Source of the DNA: Octopus sinensis
Lineage: Eukaryota
Reading direction: 5' to 3'
Length of the DNA: 64,000 nt
Assembly: GCF_006345805.1 (NCBI RefSeq)
Contig: NC_042998.1
Coordinates: 68,448,001-68,512,000 of the forward strand
This document shows, in pieces, positions 1 through 13,700 of the stretch (position 1 is its first letter; each line of letters starts with the position of its first letter). The translations under genes and the position numbers were made by a program. Under the pieces are notes generated by a model. That model searched no databases. It was not told where the DNA came from and worked only from the letters and a program-made list of their open reading frames with translations.

Positions 1-350
1 TGTAGTTGACGTTGCATGCCATGAATAGTCAAGGAGGAAGGTGAAAAGATAGATAGATACAACCCTCTTAAGTACGAAATAGCCTGGCTATGGAAAATGA
101 AGATGAAGATAGTGCCAATTACTGTCGGGTCCTTGGGAACAGTATCAGAAGGTATCATGAGGAATATAAAGGAAATTGGAATAGAGTGCCCAGTAGAACT
201 GTTACAAATGGTTTGCCTCTTTTGCACGGCCAGAATAATCAGGAAAGTATTAGATAGCTGAAAAGAACGAATAGCATGGTAACATAGGCTGTAGGTCATA
301 AGCTCGCTATGCATGCAAGACTCCAGAAGCTCCAACAAAACCTGTGAAAA
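1..350 (+). mobile_element. 3' end of an R4/Dong-clade (RLE) non-LTR retrotransposon
   Basis: Degenerate C-terminus ...EIGIECPVELLQMVCLFCTARIIRKVLDS*, followed by (TAA)n; similar to 54860-55085. Confidence 0.7.
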
Positions 351-377
351 CGATAATAATAATAACAATAATAACCC

Positions 378-1230
378 AAAGAGAGCGAATAATGCCGATG
401 TTGACAAAGCCCTGACCCATCAATGGCTAATGACCTCTGGCTTAAAATCTGAAACAGAAAGGTTTATCATAGCAGCTCAAGATCAATGCCTACCTACAAG
501 GAACTACCAGGCCAACATATTAAAGAACGGCAGTAGCCCAACATGTGTATGTCAACAACAAAATGAAACCATTGATCATGTTGTTTTCAAGTGCAGTCTT
601 CTTGCGCTTACAGAGTATCTCAACAGGCATGATAGAGCTGCACAATATATTCACCGGGTAATTTGCAAAAGCTTGGACTAGCCCCATGATAAAAACTGGT
701 GGGAACACAAACCACCTCCAGTGCTTGAAAATGACCATATCTCACTCCTCTGGAACTTCACTATTCAAACTGACAGAAAGATAGATGCGAATATGCCGGA
801 CATCATATTGAAAGACTTCAGGCAAAAATCATGCTTCCTCTTTGATATGACTGTCCCACTCGATATATACGTATCTGTCAAGACCTACCAGAAACTGAGC
901 AAATATAAAGATCTTGAAATAGAAATTAGCAAAATGATTGCTACCTAGCTCAGATACCAGGAAACACCAAAGTGGCAGAAATTCACAAGATAGTACTCAT
1001 AGTAACTGCCCATATGCTACGCAAAATACTTTCTAGGTAATCTCAAGTTTTAAAACAAATATAATTTTCTTATAGTTTCTTAAACATTCTCTAGAACAAC
1101 ACTATGTACAAAACCAAATATATGGCACCCAAGGTATAACACCAGCATGAACTTCCAACTTGTTGTCTCTTGAGGTCTCTGGGTGAGACTTGGAGCCAAC
1201 TTGTACGATTGTAAAGCAAAAGGTCAAACA
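378..1230 (+). mobile_element. 5'-truncated R4/Dong-clade LINE remnant (zinc knuckle plus restriction-like endonuclease)
   Basis: IIAAQDQCLPTRNY...ETIDHVVFKC...RHD...PDIILKD...FDMTVP...KLSKYKDL, with internal stops; flanked on both sides by TAA-rich repeats. Confidence 0.8.
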
Positions 1231-1280
1231 TAAAATAATAATAACAACAACAACAACAATAATAATAATAATAATATATT

Positions 1281-1728
1281 TCTTTACTACCCACAAGGGG
1301 CTAAACATAGAGGAGACAAACAAGGACAGACAAATGGATTAAGTCGATTACATCAACCCAGTGCGAAACTGGTACTTAATTTATCGACCCCGAGAGGATG
1401 AAAGGCAAAGTCGACCTCGGCGGAATTTGAACTTTGAACGTAGCAACAGACGAAATACGGCTACGCATTTCGTCCGGCGCGCTAACGTTTCTGCCAGCTC
1501 GCCGCAATAATAAACATTTCTGTTATAGGGACAAGGCCTGAAATTTTTGGTGGGGAGAGGACTAGCCGATTACATCGACCCCAATGTTGCACTGGTACTT
1601 AATTTATCGACCCAGAAAGGATGAAAGCAAATTCAAACTCAGCGGAATTTGAACTCAGAACGTAGCGACGGGCGAAATATTGTTAAGCATTTCGTCCAGC
1701 ACGCTAACGATTCTGCCAGTTCACCGCC
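1281..1728 (-). mobile_element. Two tandem tRNA-derived SINEs (family with GGCGAGCTGGCAGAAACGTTAGC head); many more copies across the window
   Basis: A-box/B-box-like head (GTTCAAATTCC) and shared body; recurs at about 13660, 21590, 29630, 30780, 39965, 55090 and 57180. Confidence 0.8.
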
Positions 1729-1761
<33 letters not shown>

Positions 1762-1863
1762 TAATAATAATAATAAGAAAAGAAGAAGAAGAAGAAGAAG
1801 AAGAAGAAGAAGAAGAAGAAGAAAAAAAGGAGGAGGAGGAGGCTGCGAAATAATTGTATAAAC

Positions 1864-1986
1864 CTTAGACAAAGTCACTATAGAAGATGGTTTGAATATT
1901 TCTTTATCGTTCTCCAATTTCTGTTTCAGTATTTGAATTTGTGTTTTGTAGTAATCAGTTTCTCTGTTCAAACTTTCAATAAATTG
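1864..1986 (-). CDS. CEP290: CEP290 exon ([41 protein letters not shown])
   Basis: 41 codons, acceptor TTTTACCTTTCAG, donor GTTTAT; aligns without gaps to recalled human exon 12 (LILSSKDDEIIEYQQMLHNLREKLKN...). Confidence 0.85.
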
Positions 1987-2979
1987 CTGAAAGGTAAAAA
2001 AATAAAAAATAAAAAATTTCCATAGGAATCGATGAGTGATGAGATTTTTTTTATACCAAAGAAAAAAATGTCTGCCAGAAAACTAATTCAAGTGGTTGAA
2101 TTACTGTTTTTTTAGTTTTGTCTTTCCTGCTCGTACATGTTCCATGTGGAATGAAAGAGAAACAACAACTCAAACATGGGCAAACTGCGGCCCACGGGAC
2201 TTTCTGAATGGCACACCAACGAAAAATTACCTTGAATAATTTTAGTAGTGCGGCCCATTTCTTGGGAAAGGTTGCCCATACCAGGACTACATTATGGTAG
2301 CACTATTAAATAACACACAACGAGCTTGTTGAATTTCCTTTAAATTTATTCCACGAAGTGTCTGTTATATTTTTCTTATCTTTGTGGTTTCAGTCATTAG
2401 ATTGTGGTCATGCTGGAGCACTGTCTTGAAAAACTTTTTAGTCAAACAAATCAACCCTAGGACTTATATTTTTTCTTAAAGCCTGGTATTCTATCGGTTC
2501 ATGTTTTCGAGGGGTCAGGTCCAGGCATGGTATATTAAGTCTATCACTCAAGAACATATATAACCCATTTGACGGATTCCTCACAGTTTCCCTCCATCAA
2601 ACTTATACAGTTTCATTGCAACTGTTTGAAATTTTGTTGATAACCATGTCATACGCATGGGTTTTTTTCTATTTATTTCACTTCATTTATACGTATTTAT
2701 TTTGTTCAAATTGACTGGCTTTGACACCTTATGAAATAAATTTCAACTGAATTCAGTAAATTCAGCGTGTTGTTCAATGCCTCTTCCATGATGTTGCTGA
2801 ATCATTAATCTGTTTAATTCTTCCTTTATCACAATTGATTAATAATGCTGTCATTGGTTACATGTTGTCAAAGAACCAATCATTTATTAACGATGTATCT
2901 GGCAAAAGCATGATAACTGCAACCAAGTCATACTCACTTGTTAGTGACGGCTCAACTTTACACACACACACACGCACGC

Positions 2980-3043
<64 letters not shown>

Positions 3044-5089
3044 ATAAATATGTATGTATGTATGTATGTCATGTCACTTTTGAGTGCTACTGGTAACATG
3101 TAACCCAGTACAATCTGTTGCATGGTCGGGTCGTCGGCGACTAAACCGCCAACCTCACCAATCTCGCTTGGTGAGGAGGGTGTTTATCGGACACCCTGCG
3201 GAATGAAAAAAAAAACCCGTCAAAAGGCGGAGGAACTCTTGAGAGTCAACGGCCATCCAAAAGGCTGGATCATGCGCGGGGACATAGAAATAATCGGACT
3301 GAATACCCGATCGCGCGGTTAAACCATTGTGAGTGAAGGACTCCTAGCCTTTGTTAGGGCATCCTTCTAGGAGAAGGTAACTCAGGTAACTGGGATAACC
3401 CCGATATAAAACCTGCGGCTCAGTGGTTACTGATGATGTTAACTTGTTCTTCTTTTCGGATTATGGCTGCTGTTGCTTAGTGAGTGGGATTGACTCAGTG
3501 CCCAGCCTTTTCTCACTTTAAAAAAAAATCTTCCACAGGCATTGCACGATAACAACATTGATTAAGCTTCGTGCAATGGCCATACTCGATAACGAGGAGG
3601 CAGCCACCATGTATGTGGTTCGAAATTGTAGAAAAAAAACATATATGTGAGGAAAAAACAAACAATTTGTATTAGTTTGACGCTCAGGAAAAATGGAAAA
3701 GACTTTGACGTTTCGAGCCTATGCTCCTCTAACAATCTGTTTCTGAGGAGTGAAGTCCAGGCGTTTTTTTTTTTTTAAGAATAAATTAAAGATAGTCTAC
3801 TTGCGATATATTTTTTCGTGTCTTTTAGCTTCGTGCTTGGTGATAACTTAGTTAGATATTAATCAGAGATTAACAGAAATGACAATTATTTAAAGTAAAA
3901 ACAGATGAGTGTGAAAATTGGTTACTATTCATAAGAGATATATAAATATTTTATACACAAATGTGTAGTAAAAAAATCTAAGGTAAATCAATAGAGGTAG
4001 ACTACAGTTTATAATGCTTTCGCTGTGGAAAAAGAAACAGGTGTAAATACATCATGAAACATCTAGTGGCAATCTTTACTTTTTATGTACGAAGAGAATA
4101 ACAAAATGTATTGACTTCTGTTTACTACCCACAGCAAGAATGTTACAAATGCACAAACATTTCGTATAGGAAATTCTAAGACAAATTGTTAAAAGCAAAT
4201 TACAGTTTATATCACCATCGCTGTGAAAAAAAAAACATATGAATACCTTAAGAAATGTGTCGCGTTAATCACCTTTACTTTCCTATATACGAAGAGAATA
4301 ACGAAATGGATTGATATTTATTTACTTTCCATGGCGAAAACATTATAAACTGTAGTCTATGTTACATGTAGCTGAAATTCCTTAAGATGTTTATGAAGTT
4401 AAACCTACCTTCCATTCTTCAACTTTTTTATCAACCAGATCTGAAATAGCTTTATCAGTAGCACTGCAACTTTTCAGGCGTTCTCTCAGTTTTAACATCT
4501 ATAAATATAGAATTCTTGCTGAGGAACCACTATATTTTTTTACAAACGTGAAATGTGTGTGTAAGATTAACTAGATAAAGGAAAATGAAGACGCAGGCTA
4601 TAAAGCAGAATATTATCCAATCGAAGTTGGACGTGTAGGATTCATTAGAAGCAGCATGTGGCTGTGTTCGTTGTCGCTTGGCATAGAATATCGTGAAACA
4701 AATACCATCATAAGCGATATCCAGGCTACAGTGGAGAAGGCAAGCCAGTGGATATGGTTAAATAGAGACAATTAGTAATGGCTAGACGTATAGTGACTGA
4801 AACCAAGCAAGCAGTTAATCTAGCAAGTGGGGCTTCGTCACAGTGAGGAGTGCTGGTGCACAATGATGCCGTTGAGATGGAGGCCATCTAGGAATCTATA
4901 AATCAGGAAAAAATGCACTCGTATATTTGTGAGTAGAGTGGGTGTATGAACAGCAGAAGTGAAATTTTAAATCGTTGCTCATATGAAAGGAAGTATTTCC
5001 TATCATATCTGCGTGTTCCATCGTGACTATAATGACCAGTCACCCAATACCACCCATACCTGGCCATATCTATCTATCTATTTATTTAT

Positions 5090-5143
<54 letters not shown>

Positions 5144-5446
5144 CCGTGGCCAATGACAGTACCACCTGATTGACACTCGTGCCAGTGGTACGTAAAAGGC
5201 ACCAGTCAAGCGTGGTCGATGCCAGTGCAGCCTGACTGGCCCCATGTCGGTAGCACGTAAAAAGCACCCACTACACTCTCGGAATGGTTGGCATTAGGAA
5301 GGGCATTCAGCTATAGAAACATTGCCAGATCGATTGGAGCCTGGTGCAGCCTTCTGGCTCGCCAGCCCTCAGTCAAACCGTCCAATCTATGCCAGCATGG
5401 AAAGCGGACGTTAAACGACGATGATGACGACGACAATGATGAGGAT

Positions 5447-5520
<74 letters not shown>

Positions 5521-7169
5521 CTCTCGACTCCGCCTGGAAGAGCACTATATCTTTAATTTACAGACAACTATCCCCACGGACTAAACACAACCCCCTCCTC
5601 CTATTGACTGCCTCTACACCTCCCGCAACAAGCAACTTAATTTCTTTTCTTATTATTCATTTTTACTTGTAATTGCGTCTTTTATATTGCCTTAACTTCT
5701 TTATCTCCTTTCAACCTTAATTTTTATATTTTATTGTTTTTATAATTTTTTTGTTTTTTTTATTGTTTATAATTTATTGTTTTTATAAATTATTGTTGTT
5801 ATTTCTATATACACGCACACATGCACACATACGTACATATCCAGGAACGCACATATATCTTCCACACACACCACACACATACATACACATATGCACACAA
5901 ATACTTCCACACACAACCACATACGCATACATACACACACACATACACCCACGCGCACACACACACACATATGCGCGTACACAGACACACATACCTTTAT
6001 ATACACACATAAACGTACACACAACCACATACGCATACATACTCATGCAGACGCGCATACACGCAACAAAATGCACACAACCCGACACACATCTCCACGT
6101 TCACACACACATACACACATACATACGCACATAATACACGCACACACACATATACACACGTACATACACACACACACACACACTAGCACAGGTTCGCACA
6201 TATACCTCGAACACACAGTACACATACAGACACGTACCCAATTACACCCACATGGGCACAAACACACACGCACATACACGCACACACGCGCGTAAGCACA
6301 CGCACACAAACACACGCACGCACATACATACAGGTACGCACATATACGCCTACACAAACTCCACATAAAAGCCCATACAACCCGCGCACACACAAATTTA
6401 CATACACACCCATACATATACATACACACAATATATGCGTACACGCACACACACACACATACACATATAGACACAGACACACACACGCACACACAAACAT
6501 GCGCAGACATACGCACACGAATGCTCACATACTAACACTCACAACCCCACGCATACACGTATATACACTCATATACGCACACACATACACACGCACATAT
6601 ACACACACACACACGCGCACATGCATACACGCGCAAAAACGCACCTATACCCCTACACAATCCCTCGTTCACACACACATGTACATGCACAAAAAAAATA
6701 CACACGCACATACTCACACGTGTACACTCGCACGTACACTCACACGCACACACGAGTATATACATACGCGCACACGCAAATGAACCCACACATACCTCCC
6801 ATACACACACAGCACACATTCATACATACACTTACACAATTATACATACATGTACACAAACATACGCACATACAAGCACACACCTACCCATACACAAAGT
6901 AAAGTACAGTTACTGCCGACACATACCCCTACTCATTCACACATACACACACGAACACACACAAACATACATATACACACACTCACAGCAAACAAAACAC
7001 ACACGCACTACATATACATACACACACACACTTCAAACTACCAGTACCTTCCACTGACCATTCTCCTACGCACATGTGTAAATAGACACACAAGAGCCAC
7101 TCCTACTATAAATTCTTCCTATGACCTTAAACGATACTAAGCCCAACTACGCACATAGATAAACAGCCA

Positions 7170-7206
<37 letters not shown>

Positions 7207-9091
7207 TATCATCACACACACACAGACCTGTGCGCACGCACATACCCACACATACACACATGTAGTGATCCTATAACGGTGCGCGCGCGCGCACCGTCCA
7301 TTTTCTATTTCGCGCGTGCGAGTGTTGGTGCCTTCACCAAGGCACAGAAAGGAAGGGCCCTCTCGCGCATGCGCGAACCACCGGAAGCACGACCCTTTTG
7401 CCTACGTGGTAGTTAGCCAAGGCAAGGGGGTCGTAGAACGTTTGACCACTAGCAGCAGTCAGCGGGGACTTGAGATTTAGCGACTGAAGGCGACGGTCAC
7501 GCATATTTTCTCTCCGTTCGAACTTGCTTCTAGCAGTCCTTACCAAAAGGCCTTTAACCAAATTGTTGCAGAGCAACATCGTCTCCATTGTTCGACGCCA
7601 TCTTTAACCCGTTCTGTTTTTAGCGGCTGAACATTGTAAATATTACAATCGATTAACTTTCAGCCCTGCGCGCCCAGAACCAAGGACATCAGATAACCAC
7701 TTATTGTTACTGTTACCAAGAAAGAGAATAAAGTAGTATATATATATTTTACGTCTGCGTCTTGTTGTTTCTGACTAGTAGAATTCTGGATTATTAAAGC
7801 AACGGCGAGTGATTGCTTTCTTGTACCCCGAAAGTACAAAAGATATTCACACCAAGTTCGTTACACACACATACCTCCTTCTCTTGCACTCTCCTTCTTT
7901 GAAAGAAGTTTTTTTCACCCATTCCTTTCCGGTCAGTTCAATATGTGACCGCATGTGTATCGTTAGCGATTTTCTTTCTCCGTCTCCCCTTCCTTGGACC
8001 TTTCCTTTTTCTGTTTCTGACGAAGAGCTCCGCTCGAAACGTTAAATCCTCGTTCTTTCTTTCCTTTCCTTAGCGTCCAATAACACTATACTTGTTCCAC
8101 GTCCTCACGTTGTTGTGTTTTCTCTTTGTTCATGTTTGGAGTAACTATATATATGTGTATATATATATATATATTATATATATATATATATAATATATAT
8201 ATATATACACACACACGAGGTCTGATCAATACGTATCCGGACTTTTGACATAGCAATGAAGCTGAAACATGCAGAGTAAATCCACTTGGCACAGATTGAC
8301 CATGAACACTGCTGTGCATGCGCACTTAAGTTTTAACGTTCTATCTCAAATCCACTATTTACAGCAGTGCTTGGAAGGAGCGTGTGTAGCATGTGATCGT
8401 ATCATTGACCATGACAGAAAAGTTGTCATGGCGATACCTACTCAGAGGCCTACGCAAAGTTACAGAAAGTGTATGGAGAAGAGTGTATGAGCCGCACACA
8501 AGTGTACGAGTGGTTCAGACGTTTCCAAGATGACAGAAAAATGTCGATACTGACGAACGTTCTGGCAGACCTGCAAGCAGCATAACTGAGAAAAACATCG
8601 CAGATGTGCGTGCAGCTGTGAGGGGAAATCGTCGAATCACCATCCGTGCATTATCTGAGGATGTGCAGATTAGTTCGGCTCTGTTCAGTCCATTATCTGT
8701 GAAAATTTGGGTATGAGACGCGTGTCTGCCAAATTTGTGCCAAAACTGCTTTCAGCTGAACAAAGAGACACCCAAGTTTCAGCTGCACAAGGTCTCCTTG
8801 ATTGTGTCAAGAACGATGAAGACTTTTTAAAACTTTGCGCAGGCCTCTGAGCAGGTATCGCCAAGCTTTTGGTCAAATTTAATGCAGATTCTCTGTTCAG
8901 CTCTCACTGCTGTGATCATTGCAACGATCACACGCTACACACCTTCCTTCCAAGCATTACTATAAACAGTAGAAGTGAGCTAGAACGTTAAAAGTTTGTG
9001 GTCGTGCACAGCAGAGTCTCAGGTCAATCTGTGTCAAGTGGCTTTACTCGGCATGCTTTAACTTCGTTAATATAGCAACAGTCCGGATTCT

Positions 9092-9123
<32 letters not shown>

Positions 9124-9272
9124 GAATTTACAAAAAACAAAAGACGAAGACTGGTGTGTAAATAACAAACAGATGTATTAGTTTAACGCTCGGGATATAA
9201 GAAAGTCTTTTATGTTTCGAGCCTATGCTCTTCGACAAAAAGGAACGCAGAAATAAACAGGGAGAGAAAATA

Positions 9273-9361
<89 letters not shown>

Positions 9362-10687
9362 TATCTATAGCTGGTTAATTCGATCGCTTGGTATTACTGG
9401 TATGTGTATGAGTCGGCATGGAAGGTTCCAGATGGTCGTTCAACCAGCTTAGAAAAACAAACGAATCTCGTTCCTTCAAATCACTCCCTACCTTAAAATA
9501 GTAACACATGGATATTGTGATCCTTGATATATTATATTAAAGAAAAAACATAAAAGGCGAGACAGTTCCGTACAGAATACCTTTCGATTATAGGTATGCT
9601 TGACCAGGGCTGCTTTAGGACTAAACAAAAGCTGGCATTTATTCCAAAAGTCAAATAAATATGAATGTCAACATTAGCACCCGAAATGTTTTGGTAGCAA
9701 ACTCTAACCTCCTCCTTTAACCTGTTATTTTCTTTCTTCAGTTCTTTATTGCTGGCATCTTCCTCCTGCAGCAGTTGCTATGAAAACGAAATTAGAAATG
9801 CATATATTTATACACATACATACATAACCGAAATTGCAAAGATAATCTGGAACTCGACTGAGGAAAGAAAACTCCGAATGACCCGTCCTTGTTTTTTCTT
9901 GTCCCTTTTTTCTATCATCTGTCTGGATGTTTTGCGTTCTTGTCCCATTCTTTGTATTCCTTTTTATATATACGCATACATACATACTTACATACACCTA
10001 TCTGAACTGTTGAAAAAACTGCAGTTACTCTATCTAGATTACGAGTTCAGGTTTATATCTGTAATTATTTGGGCACTGGGATATGTAACAAACTGCCTAA
10101 ATACCAATCTTGAGAAATTAGCAGTTAAGATTGTTTGCCAACATAACATGGCAGTCCTGGATTAGGACGAATGTTGCTGTAATATCTCACATTGTGAGAT
10201 ATAAAAATAGTAATTTTCTAATTTATAAATCAGTAATTAGTTGTCACTTTGAAAACTATATATTTCGAATGGGAATTATGCAGCGCCATCTCTAGCTGAA
10301 CAATTATTCTGTGCTGATGAAGAGAAATAACTCGGAAATCGCGACACACAGATATTGTTTTGAGCTGAGTGGGGGTGCTAGATTCCCTTGTTCAAAAATA
10401 TATGGACACAGATCGTGTCGTATAGCCAGTTGGAGACGATGTCTCCTGGGGCTAAATTACAGCAACATTCGTCCTAAACAAGGACTGCCATGTTATGTTG
10501 GCAAACAATCTTTACTACAAATTACTGTCGATGAATATCTCACGTTGTGAGATTTTAAAATAGTAATTTTCTAATTGAGAAATTAGTTTTCTCAAAACCA
10601 GAAAGGAGAAAGTTAATTCGAAGACTACAGAGCCAATCCATCATTGGAATTGTAAAAATCTGTAAAACTTTTCAGAAGTTTATCATT

Positions 10688-10741
<54 letters not shown>

Positions 10742-13700
10742 TGTTTAGATATGCGACTATATGCATGAGAATGCATACATAAAACATACAAATCTGCACA
10801 TACATACATACATACATACATACATACATACCCTGTTGTTGATGCTGAAATTCCAATGAAGGTAACTTGGATTTAGGTTAGAAACCGATTCTTTCTCCAT
10901 TGGCAAGAAATCTTGAAATAAAACTGAATAATGACATACATATGCATTTGTATGAAAGTGTATGTGTGTGTATGTATGTATGTATGTATGTATGCATGTA
11001 TGCATGTATGTATGTATGTATGTATGTATGTATAGAGAGAGAGAGAGAGAAGGTGAAAAAGGGAAAAATAGAGAGAGAATGGTAAAAGTCTGTAAACAGG
11101 AATTCCATTGAGGAAAGTAAGTTATAATTTATACAGTTGAGATGGTATGAAAGAGAAAGAGAAAAAGAGAGTGGGGAACCAGGGTGGGAGAGAGTGACGG
11201 AAGAGATATTATGATGTAGAGAACAGGGTTGATAGGGTGAGAAGATAGAAGGAGTAATGGAAGAGATACAGTGAGGTGCACCTATTCATCTGTTGTTAGT
11301 AAAGGGATTGAATAATAAAATAGTATAATGGGGGGAAGAGAGTGAGAGGGCAAAAGTGATAATGTGATAGGAAAGCAAATAACTGAAATGAGGGAGAGTG
11401 TGTAAGAGAGAGAGAGAGAGAGAGAGTGATTTTATGCGAGAGATAAATCTGAGTGTTTCAAAGAGCCTAACGTAACATGCTTCCATTCACCTCTAGCTTC
11501 ATATTGCATTCTTTTATCGAATTTAGTTTTGCTTTCATTTCTTTCATCTCAGCTACCTGCTTTTGTTTCATCTTTCCTTGTTGCTGAATTATACTGTTCA
11601 GGTTCTGTTGTTGTTGTTGTTTTACATTTATGAAAGAAAAGAGAAAATGGTTTAAAACGCTTTAAATTTAACCACAAGATTTACCAAATTTCAAATCATT
11701 TAATAATTTTCGAATGGGAATTTGGCAGCGCCACCTCTAGCCGAACAATTATTCTGTGCTGATGAAGGGAAATAACCCGAAAATGAGCAGATGCTTCATT
11801 GTTAGTTAGTGGACTTGATCGCTGCCCCGTTTAACATCGACAATTGGCCGTTTGGGTGGTTTTAGTGACGTCCCCTCTTGCCGAGTGTCTTCCTGACACC
11901 TAAGGCAGAGAAACTCACTGTATAGATTGCTTGGCCATTAAAATAAACATACCAGATTTATAAAGTCATGTAATAGAGAAAAGGGGGAAGAAAGACAGAG
12001 AGAAAAATGTTAAAAAAGCCAAAGAAAAAAGTAGATAAATAAAATAAAGGGAGAAAGGGAAAGAAAATTCACAGCAACAATGCTCTTCTCAGTACGTGTG
12101 ATGAACCAGTCTTAAATAATTTTCAGTTCCTTTTTTTATCATTCCAAGTACTCCAGCAATCACAGGTATTGTAACCATCTTGAGATGCTACATCATTCCA
12201 ATTTCTTTTAGCAAATCTTTATAATATTTTCTGAACTTATCAAATTCGTTTGCCGAGATATTATGGTCACAGGGTATGCTCATATCAATCAATAAACAGA
12301 CTTTATTGTTTTGGTCCTTCACAACAATATCTGGTTTATTAGCTTTGATTGTCTGATCTGTACATACTGAAAAGTCTCAAAGAATCATTACATTCTCTCC
12401 CTCATTTACAGCCTCAGGATAGTGCTTGTAGCATTTGTTAGCAGTTTTGATTTTATAATGCCGATACATCACCCATTGTAGATATTGGTCAACTCTGTCA
12501 TGTATTGATTTATACTCTACAGTGGCTAAAACCTTACAGCCATAGATTAGGTGGTCCACTGTTTCAATCTCATCGTTGCAGTATCGGTACTTCGGGTCTA
12601 CTCTATTTTTATCACATTGACTTGATAGTTCTGGGTCAATAAGCTCTGATCTTGAGCAGCCCAAATAAAGCCTTCACTCTCTGCCTTTAGCACTGAGCTC
12701 TGTAGCCACTGATGATTGCGCTTCTGGTCTACATCAGATTGTTTGCTACGGACCACTTATCATTATTATTATTATTATTATTATTATTGTCTTTGCCCAG
12801 CTTCTGACGCTGGGAGTGTACTACGGTGCCAGCTGTTAACTACCAGTGAACTAAGGTAACATCACTTATTTTTCAAGCACCTTCCGAAGTATCGAGCGGT
12901 CCCAAGCAGTGCTGTTTTCTGAAAGTGCTCCACTCTTATTGCAGCCCCTATTTGTTCCATGTACTTCTCAAGATCTTTACTCACTATTCCCATGGCTCCA
13001 ACAATTATTGGTACTACTACCACTTTTTTCAGCGACAACTGCTTGACCTCCCAAGCTAATCTGTTATATCTATCGACTTTTCTTTCTTCTTCATTATTAT
13101 TATTATATTATTATTATTATTATTGAGTGAGAGAGCAGTGCACGCCATCAAAGTGACATCTGGGTACAAATATACTCATCATGACTACCCGTCTGATAAG
13201 GGTACACTAAGCACATGCATCACAACCATATGTGCACCACATGGTGATCTCATATCAAGATTAACAGCAGTTAGAATTTTCTTTTGGTCGAGTAACCCAT
13301 CCCGCTCAAAAGGTCCCTGAATAAGGGTTGTTTAAGGATGTTTCCATGTTTCCAAAGGTGAATTATTCAAACCCCAAAGAATTCCTCTCAACACATGGCT
13401 ATGATGCTCCCCCACTACTTCTGCTTGTGATCAGAGATGCACATATCGTCAGCCATTAAGGGACATAGTCAACTGGTTAAGGTCAAACAACTGACAAGCA
13501 AATCTGTGATATTGAACAGAATATTTGCTGTAGCCCATATTTTATACCAAGACAAAACAATGTACATGATAACACTTCCAATCAGTTAAAAACAGAAGCC
13601 ATGAGAGCCACTGTCTGGTACTGCATCAGGGCATTTATTATTATTATTATTATTATATCGTTAGCACGCCGGACAAAATACTTAGCAGTATTTCACTTGT

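Noticed and set aside
5751-7140. Many overlapping 60-160-aa His/Thr- or Cys/Val-rich ORFs
   Set aside because: Translations of (CA)n/(TACA)n microsatellite; no splice or domain support
9845-9885. Hammerhead-like CTGAGGA...GAAT here and CTGAAGA...GAAT at about 31603-31625
   Set aside because: Stem II does not pair and GAAA is absent; too degenerate to count
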